From: Candidatus Eiseniibacteriota bacterium
Lineage (GTDB): Bacteria > Eisenbacteria > RBG-16-71-46
Length of the DNA: 64,000 nucleotides
Assembly: GCA_031370785.1 (NCBI GenBank)
Contig: JANMQY010000090.1
Span: forward strand, 17,276-81,275
Direction of reading: 5' to 3'
Position 1 is the first letter of the stretch. Each line of letters starts with the position of its first letter. The notes beneath the pieces are model-generated. The model made no database searches, had not been told where the DNA came from, and saw only the letters and a list, made by a program, of their open reading frames with translations. The position numbers were made by a program, and so were the translations under genes. Of this stretch, positions 56,751 through 64,000 are shown one piece after another.

Positions 56751-57356
56751 ATGACGCTTCACCGCTGGCTGCCGTTCGTTGCCGTGCTCGCGCTCGCCAT
56801 GCTGGGGGCATCCCGCGCGCGGTCCGAGACCACCGTGATCCTGCCGCGACCGGGCCAGATCGGCATCGGAGTGCAGGGGCAGTACGGAACGCTGCTCAAG
56901 AGCGGGGACTTCGGCGATCAGTTCGGATCCGGCCCGGGTCTGGCGGTGCGCCTGCGTTATCGCATGCGTTACGAGCGCGGCTTCGGCCTGTCGTTCGAGA
57001 GCCATTCGTTCGATGTCCGCACCCGTGCCGACAGCGCGTTCGCGCCGGATCGGGCGACGTTCATTCTTTCGGGCGCCGAGTTCTACCAGATCTTCGACAC
57101 CCGCCAGAAGGTGCAGCCGATGATCAGCGTCGGCGCCGGCATCGCGCAGATTCACACCACGCTGAACGACGGAGAGACCGCGTATCCGCTCGGGGGCGAC
57201 GGGCTGTACGTCAGCGGGGGCCTGGGGGTTGAGCGCTTCGTCTACCGGACGCTCGCGCTCGATCTCAGCACGCGCTACATGGCGATCTTTCAGAACGGCA
57301 ACGTCAACCACGATTTTCAGGCCTCGGCCGGCCTGATCTTCTACGCGAGCTATTGA
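56751..57356 (+). CDS. Small outer-membrane beta-barrel protein (OmpA/OmpW-like, 8-stranded)
   Basis: AAGGAG RBS, signal peptide, amphipathic strands, PMISVGAG, C-terminal AGLIFY. Confidence 0.7.
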   Translation: MTLHRWLPFVAVLALAMLGASRARSETTVILPRPGQIGIGVQGQYGTLLKSGDFGDQFGSGPGLAVRLRYRMRYERGFGLSFESHSFDVRTRADSAFAPDRATFILSGAEFYQIFDTRQKVQPMISVGAGIAQIHTTLNDGETAYPLGGDGLYVSGGLGVERFVYRTLALDLSTRYMAIFQNGNVNHDFQASAGLIFYASY

Positions 57357-59356
57357 CCTTGGAAATGACCGAGAGTCGCTATCAGGTGGGCCAGCGCCTG
57401 CGCCATCCCCAGTTCGGTGAGGGGCTGGTGGTCGAGGTTCACACCGATCGCGGGCGCGAAGTGCTCGAGGTGGTGTTCGACGGCCAGCTGCGTCGCCTCT
57501 CGGCTCAGCGCGAGTGGGAGGTGGTCAGCGGAAACGCCGGCCCGGCCTTCCCGATCGCCTCCGGCAACGGCCATGGCGACGGAGCACCCGGCGAAGAGGA
57601 CGGCGACCCGGCGCGGCGCCCGCGCGGCACCCGCTCGTGGCACGCGCAGGGCGAGTCGCTGCTCGCGCGATGGCGCGCGGACGACGTCGCGACACCGGCC
57701 CGCTTCGACCTGCGCGCCGAGGCCGAGCGCTGGGCCGGGTGGGCGGGCACCGACCGACTGATCTCGCTCGACTCGCTGCGCGGTGTCGAGCAGTTCCCGC
57801 ACCAGATCCGCGCGTGCCTCAAGGTCATGGGCCACCTGAACGGGCGCGCGATCCTCGCCGACGAGGTGGGGCTCGGCAAGACCATTGAGGCCGGGATCGT
57901 GCTCAAGGACTACCTGCTGCGCGGTGCGGTGCGCACCGTGCTGGTGCTGGTTCCGGCGTCGCTGTGCGAGCAGTGGCGCGCCGAGCTGTGGGAGAAATTC
58001 GAGCTCGACTTCGTGGTGTCGCGCGGCCCGGCGGGGCAGTGGGGCCGTCATCCGCTGGTGATCTCATCGCTGGAGACGGCGCGCCACGAGCGCCATCGCC
58101 GGCGCGTGCGCGGGGCCGGCTACGACATGGTGGTCGTGGACGAAGCCCACCGGCTGCGCAACCACCTGACCCTGGGCTGGAAATTCGTCAACGACCTGAA
58201 CCCGCGCTACCTGCTGCTGCTGACCGCGACCCCGGTGCAGAACGACATGCGCGAGTTGTACAACCTGGCAACGCTGGTGCGGCCGGGCACGGTCGGCACG
58301 TTCTCGCAGTTCCGCCGCGACTTCCTGAGCGGGCACGACAAGCGCACGCCGCGCAACACGCCGCGCCTGCGCGCGCTGCTCGAATCGGTGATGATCCGCA
58401 CCCGGCGCAGCGACACCAATCTCACCTTCGCCCCGCGCAAGGTCGAGACGCTGTGGGTGAGCCAGACCCCGGCCGAGCGAACGCTGTACCGGCAGGTCAG
58501 CGATTTCGTGGCCGACTCGGTGAGCGCCGACTCGGCCGGTCCCGGGCGCCCGCACTACTTCACGCTCATGGTTCTGCAGAAGGAAATGGGCTCGTCGTGG
58601 GCGGCGGCGCGCGCCACGCTCGAGAAGCTCGGTCGCAATCCCGACGGGCTGGACTCGAAGCTGGTGCGGCTGCTCGCGCAGCGCGCCGCCGAGGTGAGCA
58701 CCAGCCCGAGCAAGGTGCGCTCGCTCCTGCGCTGCGTGGGTGGGCTCGGCGGCGAGAAGTGCATCATCTTCACCCAGTTTCGCTCGACGCAGGACACCAT
58801 CGTCGAAGCGCTCATCGGGCAGGGCATCCCGCCGGCGGTCTTCCATGGCGAGATGGGATGGCGCGAGAAGGAAGAGGCGCTCGAGCAGTTCCGCACCACG
58901 GCTCCGGTGCTGGTCAGCACCGAGGCCGGCGGCGAGGGTCGCAACCTGCAGTTCTGCCGCATCGTCATCAACTACGACCTGCCGTGGAATCCGATGCGGG
59001 TCGAACAGCGTATCGGACGCGTGCACCGGCTCGGGCAGGAGCACCCGGTGCGCGTGGTCAACATGGCGGCGCGCGGGACCATCGAGGCCTACGTGCTCGA
59101 GATCCTCGACCGCAAGATCCGCATGTTCGAGCTGGTGGTCGGCGAGATGGAGGAGATCCTCGGGACGTGGCAGGCGCACGGGTCGTTCGAGGACGAGGTC
59201 TTCCGCCGCTGGACCGAGTCCACCAATCCACGCGTGCGCAAGCGCCGCTTCACCGAGCTGGCGCAGAATCTGGTGACCGCCCGGCGCCTGTATCAGGAGC
59301 AGAAGAATCGCCAGCAGTGGCTGTTCCCATCGCCCGGGAAGGAAAACGGCTCATGA
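57353..59356 (+). CDS. SNF2-family ATPase (YqhH/RapA-like) with N-terminal Tudor-like domain
   Basis: PHQ, ILADEVGLGKT, DEAH, LTATPVQN, STEAGGEGRNLQ, YDLPWNP, QRIGRVHRLGQ; ATG 57365 is an alternative start. Confidence 0.9.
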   Translation: MTLEMTESRYQVGQRLRHPQFGEGLVVEVHTDRGREVLEVVFDGQLRRLSAQREWEVVSGNAGPAFPIASGNGHGDGAPGEEDGDPARRPRGTRSWHAQGESLLARWRADDVATPARFDLRAEAERWAGWAGTDRLISLDSLRGVEQFPHQIRACLKVMGHLNGRAILADEVGLGKTIEAGIVLKDYLLRGAVRTVLVLVPASLCEQWRAELWEKFELDFVVSRGPAGQWGRHPLVISSLETARHERHRRRVRGAGYDMVVVDEAHRLRNHLTLGWKFVNDLNPRYLLLLTATPVQNDMRELYNLATLVRPGTVGTFSQFRRDFLSGHDKRTPRNTPRLRALLESVMIRTRRSDTNLTFAPRKVETLWVSQTPAERTLYRQVSDFVADSVSADSAGPGRPHYFTLMVLQKEMGSSWAAARATLEKLGRNPDGLDSKLVRLLAQRAAEVSTSPSKVRSLLRCVGGLGGEKCIIFTQFRSTQDTIVEALIGQGIPPAVFHGEMGWREKEEALEQFRTTAPVLVSTEAGGEGRNLQFCRIVINYDLPWNPMRVEQRIGRVHRLGQEHPVRVVNMAARGTIEAYVLEILDRKIRMFELVVGEMEEILGTWQAHGSFEDEVFRRWTESTNPRVRKRRFTELAQNLVTARRLYQEQKNRQQWLFPSPGKENGS

Positions 59357-60477
59357 GCACCGCGGTCCCGACCGTGCGCCGCCGCCGCGCCCCGGCCTCC
59401 AGTCGCCCGCTCGCGGCGGTCGCGCCACTCACCCCGCCGCCCACACTCCCGCCCGAGTGGCGCGCTTTCGTCGGTCGATGGCTGGCCGCGACCGGCTGCG
59501 AAGTGAGCGACGCCGCGCGCGGCGACTGGGAGGTCGACCTGTCGAGTGGCCTCAAGCGCCGCTGGCGCCGCCAGCGGGTGCGGCTCGTGTTCGATCCGCT
59601 GCGCCCGACGCTGCCGCGTGGAGCGTGGTTCACCGCGCCGGGCAGCAGCGCGGGACGAAAGCTGCTCGAAGCCGCGCTCGAGGAGCCGATGTGCACGCGG
59701 CGCACCGCGCTCGCGCAGGTGCCGGGCGCGCCGGCCGAAGGCATCGCCTCGGTGTGCAAGGTGCGCGGTCTCACCTGGGGGCCGCCGCGACTCGGTCCGG
59801 TGCGCTACGAGCGGCGCGTGACGTTCCACGCGATCCTGACCCGCTGGGGTGGACTGCCGCTGCAGGAGCCGTGGGTAGTGCTGCTCGGTCCGGATGGGCA
59901 GTGTCTCGAGACCGAGCTCGGCTCGCAGCTGTCCGGGGTTCGCCCGCGCGAAGGCCTCTACCAGATCAGCGAGCCGCCTTCGGACGAGCAGCGCGTGCAC
60001 TGGATGGAGCGGGCGCGAGCGGCGCTCGAGGCATTGCTCGATGAGCGCGAGGAGGAATGGGAGCGTGGCATCGCCAAGCTGCGCGACGACGAGCTGGAGC
60101 GGCTGGGCGCTTTCTACTCGGCGCGGATCGAGGAGGAGGAGGAGCGGCTGAGAAGGCGCGCGTCGCATCCCGAGGATCCGGATCTCGCGCATGGCGACGC
60201 CACCTCGCTCAAGCTGGAGTGGGAGCGGCGCGCGGCCGAAGTGCGCCAGCGCTGGGCGCTGCGCACCGAGTTGAGGCTCTGGGGAATCGAGGAATGGTCG
60301 TGGCCGGTGGCCGACCTCGCGCAGGAGCTGCGTGCGGGGGCGATCCACGTGCGGCTCACGAGCCGGGTCGATGTGGCGCGCGGGCGACCCGAGCTGCCCG
60401 CCTGCCCCGGCTGCGGGACGCCCGCCGAGATGCTGGTGCGCATTCGCGGCGCGGTCGCATGCGCAAGCTGCGCGTGA
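59353..60477 (+). CDS. YqhG-like SNF2 partner with coiled coil and C-terminal zinc finger
   Basis: ATGA overlap with the helicase; charged helical block (ELERLGAFY) typical of YqhG-like proteins; CPGC...CASC. Confidence 0.6.
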   Translation: MSTAVPTVRRRRAPASSRPLAAVAPLTPPPTLPPEWRAFVGRWLAATGCEVSDAARGDWEVDLSSGLKRRWRRQRVRLVFDPLRPTLPRGAWFTAPGSSAGRKLLEAALEEPMCTRRTALAQVPGAPAEGIASVCKVRGLTWGPPRLGPVRYERRVTFHAILTRWGGLPLQEPWVVLLGPDGQCLETELGSQLSGVRPREGLYQISEPPSDEQRVHWMERARAALEALLDEREEEWERGIAKLRDDELERLGAFYSARIEEEEERLRRRASHPEDPDLAHGDATSLKLEWERRAAEVRQRWALRTELRLWGIEEWSWPVADLAQELRAGAIHVRLTSRVDVARGRPELPACPGCGTPAEMLVRIRGAVACASCA

Positions 60478-60518
60478 TTGTCGCGCCTTGAGCGCCCCGA
60501 ATCTCGCCTGCCGTCCGC

Positions 60519-60547
60519 TTGACGCTCTGTCTCCGAGCCGCTAAGGT
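60519..60547 (+). promoter_or_regulatory. Putative sigma70 promoter
   Basis: TTGACG-N17-TAAGGT. Confidence 0.55.
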
Positions 60548-60615
60548 GCACCGCGCTCGGATCACACCCATCCCCATAAACCACATGAATTCAATCGTCT
60601 ATCTGGAGGCTTTCC

Positions 60616-61281
60616 TTGTCATTGGAGAATCGTAAGGGCGCAAAGCTCGCCGACCCGGGAGCGGAGCTCCTCGACGGCGTCACCCTGTTCTGGGAGCGCT
60701 ACGGCCGCCTGGCGCTCGGCGCGGTCGGCGTGGCTCTGGTCGTCTCGGTCGGTCTGTTCGCGACGCTGCGCGCGCGTGCCAGCCAGGAGGAGCAGGCCTC
60801 GGGCAAGCTGGCCGAGGCCAACGTGCTGTTCTGGCAGGGCGACTATCAGCGTTCGCTCCAGCTCGCCAAGCAGGTGAGCCAGCAGTTCGGCTCGACCCCG
60901 AGCGGCAACGATGCGCATCGGCTGGCCGGCGACAACGCGTACTGGAGCGGCGACTTCAAGACCGCCATCGCCGAGTACCGGGCCTTCCTGGCCAAGCAGA
61001 AGAGCGGGGTGATTGCCGATGCGGCCCGGCGAAGTCTGGCCTACGCGCTCGAGAGCGATCTCAAGTTCGCCGAAGCCGCACCGATCTACGATCAGCTGGT
61101 CGGCGTGTTCGATCGCGAATCGTCGGCCGAGTTCCTCATGGCATCGGCGCGTTGCCATCTGCAGATGAAGCAGCCGGCCGAGGCCGTCAAGCGGCTGCAG
61201 CGGCTGGTGGACGAGTTCGGCGAGTCCTCGGTCGCGATGCGCGCGCGCCAGGAGATCGGCGAGATCCAGGGCGCCCAGTAG
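60616..61281 (+). CDS. YfgM-like single-TM TPR protein
   Basis: GGAGG RBS, N-terminal TM, TPR-like helices. Confidence 0.75.
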   Translation: MSLENRKGAKLADPGAELLDGVTLFWERYGRLALGAVGVALVVSVGLFATLRARASQEEQASGKLAEANVLFWQGDYQRSLQLAKQVSQQFGSTPSGNDAHRLAGDNAYWSGDFKTAIAEYRAFLAKQKSGVIADAARRSLAYALESDLKFAEAAPIYDQLVGVFDRESSAEFLMASARCHLQMKQPAEAVKRLQRLVDEFGESSVAMRARQEIGEIQGAQ

Positions 61282-61332
61282 GCGCGCCGGGGCCCGAACG
61301 GCGCTGTCCGGATCTGAAGCCGTGATTCATCC

Positions 61333-61377
61333 GCGCGGCGCGGCGCCAGAGATGAGGCGCCGCGCCGCGCTCCGTTT
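61333..61377 (+). terminator. Terminator hairpin
   Basis: 15-bp stem GCGCGGCGCGGCGCC/GGCGCCGCGCCGCGC followed by TCCGTTT. Confidence 0.7.
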
Positions 61378-61389
61378 CGGAGGCTAAGG

Positions 61390-63495
61390 GTGGGCGCTAT
61401 CGCCGCGGTCGACCTGGTCTTCCTGTGGCATCACCACCAGCCGGACTATCGCAGCCCGCGCGACGGCACCGCGCAGCTGCCGTGGGTGCGCCTCCACGCG
61501 ACCAAGGACTATCTCGACATGGCGCGCCGGCTCGAGCGCTTCCCCGCAGTGCGCGCCGCTTTCAGCTTCGTGCCGACCCTGCTGGACCAGCTCGAGGACG
61601 CGGCGCGCGGCGGACCGGACACGCTGTTCGACGCGCTCGCCGAGCCGCCGGGCGCGCTCGAAGGGGAGGGGCGCGCCGAGGTCGCGCGGCGCTGCTCGGT
61701 CGCCCCGCGCTGGGCGTTCGATCGGCTTCCGGCCTACCAGGCGCTCGCCACCCGGGCGTCGGCGGGAGGTGCCCTGAACGATGCGGAGCTGCTCGCGATC
61801 GAGTGCCACTTCCTGCTCGCGTGGCTCGATCCGATGTTCCACGATCTGCCGGAGGCGGCGCGCGCCCGCGCCGAATCGGCGACGCTGCGCATCGAGCATC
61901 GCGATGCGCTGCTCGCGCTGCACCGGCGGCTGACCGGCGAAGTGGTCGCCGCCTACCGAGCGCGCGCCGAGGCCGGGCAGGTCGAGCTCTCGGCGTCGCC
62001 CTACTGCCATCCGATCCTGCCGCTGCTCATCGACACGCGCCACGCGCGCCGGGCCCGGCCGGACCTGCCGCTGCCTGCCGAGACTTTCTCCGCACCCGAG
62101 GATGCCTCGGCCCAAATCGAGCGCGCGCTCGCGCGTCACGCGCAGGTCTTCGGGGCGCGGCCGCATGGGATGTGGCCTTCCGAGGGCTCGGTCAGTCCCG
62201 AAGCGGCGGCCCTTGCCGCACGCGCCGGAGTGCGCTGGATGGCGACCGACGAGGGCGTGCTGTGGGCGTCGTTGCCGCAGGAGCAGCGCACGCGCGATCG
62301 GCTCTACCGTCCGTGGAGGCTGGCCACCGAGGCTGGGGAAATCGCGCTCCTGTTCCGCGATCACGAGCTGTCGGACCGCATCGGCTTCGTCTACTCGCGC
62401 TGGAGCGCGCGCGATGCGATCAGCGACTTTCTCGAGCGCGTGCGCCGGATCGGTCGCGAGCAGCGCGGGACCCATACGCCGCTGGTCAGCGTGATCCTCG
62501 ACGGTGAGAACTGCTGGGAGCACTACCCGGACGACGGCGGACCGTTCCTCGATGGGCTGTACGCGGCGCTCGAAGCGGCCGACGACATCCGCACCAGAAC
62601 CCCGAGCGAGGCAATCGCGGCGCGCGCGCCGCTCGATGCGCTGCCGGGATTGCACAGCGGCTCGTGGATCGACGCCGACTTCCACATCTGGATCGGGCAT
62701 CCGGAGAAGAATCGCGCGTGGGACCTGCTTGCGCGCGCCCGTCGTGCGCTGGTCGAGGGCCGCACGACCCGGGAATCCCATCCGCGCGCGTGGGAAGCCC
62801 TGTTCGCGGCCGAGGGCTCGGACTGGTTCTGGTGGTTTGGCGACGATCACTACACGTCGGATCGTGCGCTGTTCGACCGCATCTTTCGCGAGCATCTGCA
62901 GGCGGTCTACGAGCACGCGGGGCGGACCGCGCCCGCCGAGCTCAGGCAGCCGGTGGCCGGGGCCCGAGTGCGCGACGACGGCCGCCCGCCGATCGGATTC
63001 ATCGCGCCCCGGATCGACGGGCGGCGGACGGGATTCTACGAATGGCACGAAGCCGGGGCGATCACGTTCGGCTCAGGGGGTGGCTCGATGCACCACGGTG
63101 GCGGCCGGGTGCGCGAGCTCCTGTACGGATTCGACTCGGCGCGAATCTACCTGCGGCTCGACCCGGCGGAAGGAAGCGGCGCGCCGCACGATCTGAGCGT
63201 CGAAGTGATCGCGCCGCTCCCGGCCCGGCTTGCGGTGAGCGCGGCGCGCGAGGGCGGGGCGAAGGTCACAGACCCTGCCGGCGCCCCCGTACCCGGAGCC
63301 GAGGCCGCATTCGGCGAGGTGGTCGAGATCGCGCTGCCTTTCGCCGCGCTTGGCGCGCGGGCCGGAGAGCCACTCGAGATCATCGTGCACGTGCTCGAGA
63401 AGGGGGCGCCGATCGAAAGCCTGCCCGAGGACGGCACGCTGCGCATCACGGTCCCGGATGCCGGCTACGTCGCGCGCACCTGGAGTGCCTCGTAG
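61390..63495 (+). CDS. Glycoside hydrolase family 57 (amylopullulanase-like) with C-terminal beta domain
   Basis: WHHHQP, LPWVRLH, HPILPL, WPSEG nucleophile, LDGENCWE, AEGSDWFWW. Confidence 0.92.
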   Translation: MGAIAAVDLVFLWHHHQPDYRSPRDGTAQLPWVRLHATKDYLDMARRLERFPAVRAAFSFVPTLLDQLEDAARGGPDTLFDALAEPPGALEGEGRAEVARRCSVAPRWAFDRLPAYQALATRASAGGALNDAELLAIECHFLLAWLDPMFHDLPEAARARAESATLRIEHRDALLALHRRLTGEVVAAYRARAEAGQVELSASPYCHPILPLLIDTRHARRARPDLPLPAETFSAPEDASAQIERALARHAQVFGARPHGMWPSEGSVSPEAAALAARAGVRWMATDEGVLWASLPQEQRTRDRLYRPWRLATEAGEIALLFRDHELSDRIGFVYSRWSARDAISDFLERVRRIGREQRGTHTPLVSVILDGENCWEHYPDDGGPFLDGLYAALEAADDIRTRTPSEAIAARAPLDALPGLHSGSWIDADFHIWIGHPEKNRAWDLLARARRALVEGRTTRESHPRAWEALFAAEGSDWFWWFGDDHYTSDRALFDRIFREHLQAVYEHAGRTAPAELRQPVAGARVRDDGRPPIGFIAPRIDGRRTGFYEWHEAGAITFGSGGGSMHHGGGRVRELLYGFDSARIYLRLDPAEGSGAPHDLSVEVIAPLPARLAVSAAREGGAKVTDPAGAPVPGAEAAFGEVVEIALPFAALGARAGEPLEIIVHVLEKGAPIESLPEDGTLRITVPDAGYVARTWSAS

Positions 63496-63505
63496 AAGTC
63501 GCAAG

Positions 63506-64000
63506 CTAAACTGCGAGCTCGAGCTGGACCGGATCGGGTGGAGGGACGAGCGGGCGCTCGCGCCGGTCGGCGATACCATGGCGCTGCCTCAGCTCGGAGA
63601 CCTCGCGGCGCAACGCTTCGACCGGCTCACCCGCGAGATAGGCGCCGTTCGCGTAGAGTTGCTCGTAGCGCGCCAGCTCCTCGGGCCAGTCCTTCGCAAG
63701 ATGCTCGAGAAAATGTTCGCGCGTCCCGGGCTTCAGGTAGAGCAGGTTGGCCGAGACCTGAGTCGCGCCCGCCTCGCGCGCGGCGCGCACCACGTCGGCC
63801 AGCAGCTCGGGACGATCCGAGAGGCCGGGCAGGATCGGCCCCATGAGCACGGTCGCGCGGATCCCGGCGTCGATCAGCATGCGCAGCGCGCGCAGGCGCT
63901 GGCGCGGCGGCGGCGTTCCGGGTTCGGTCGAGCGCCAGATCGCCTCGTCCAGGGTCGGCACCGAGAAATGCACCGAGACGTTTGCGCGGCGTGCTGCCTC
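63506..64000 (-). CDS. Radical SAM protein (Rv2578c/SplB-like), 5' part outside the window
   Basis: SVPTLD..W...EPGTPPP..RL, MGPILPGLSD, C-terminal QLEL; the CxxxCxxC motif is not in the window. Confidence 0.75.
   Translation of the reverse strand, partial: EAARRANVSVHFSVPTLDEAIWRSTEPGTPPPRQRLRALRMLIDAGIRATVLMGPILPGLSDRPELLADVVRAAREAGATQVSANLLYLKPGTREHFLEHLAKDWPEELARYEQLYANGAYLAGEPVEALRREVSELRQRHGIADRRERPLVPPPDPVQLELAV

Overview
High-GC bacterial chromosome segment from a diderm. Cell-envelope genes of FCB-superphylum type (PorV-like barrel, Big_5 lipoprotein) suggest something like Ca. Eisenbacteria, but that placement is inference. It is mostly core genome: tRNA-Ala(GGC), cstA, M50-trpS-scpAB-rluB, two ADP-glucose pyrophosphorylase paralogs, mltD, comEC-purN-HAD-purC-purH-guaA-slt, cspA, secA-smg-topA-xerC-dapF-dapA-dapB, rpsT, uvrC-xerD and a GH57. 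I saw no CRISPR array, IS element, prophage or integrase. The most notable items are: (1) a lone MshEN-PilB ATPase with a double zinc ribbon, coupled to a membrane HD-GYP protein and preceded by a sigma28-type promoter; (2) a YqhH-like SNF2 ATPase with an N-terminal PcrA/UvrD-type Tudor domain and a coupled Zn-finger partner in the uvrC-xerD run; (3) a peptidase/beta-propeller/Omp85 fusion; (4) several apparent pseudo-enzymes (TlpA lacking CxxC coupled to cstA, a GlgC paralog lacking the catalytic Lys, a degenerate PP2C fused to PEGA repeats); (5) a TrpRS Fe-S motif with Asp in place of the fourth Cys. All calls come from motif recognition by eye; no searches were run.
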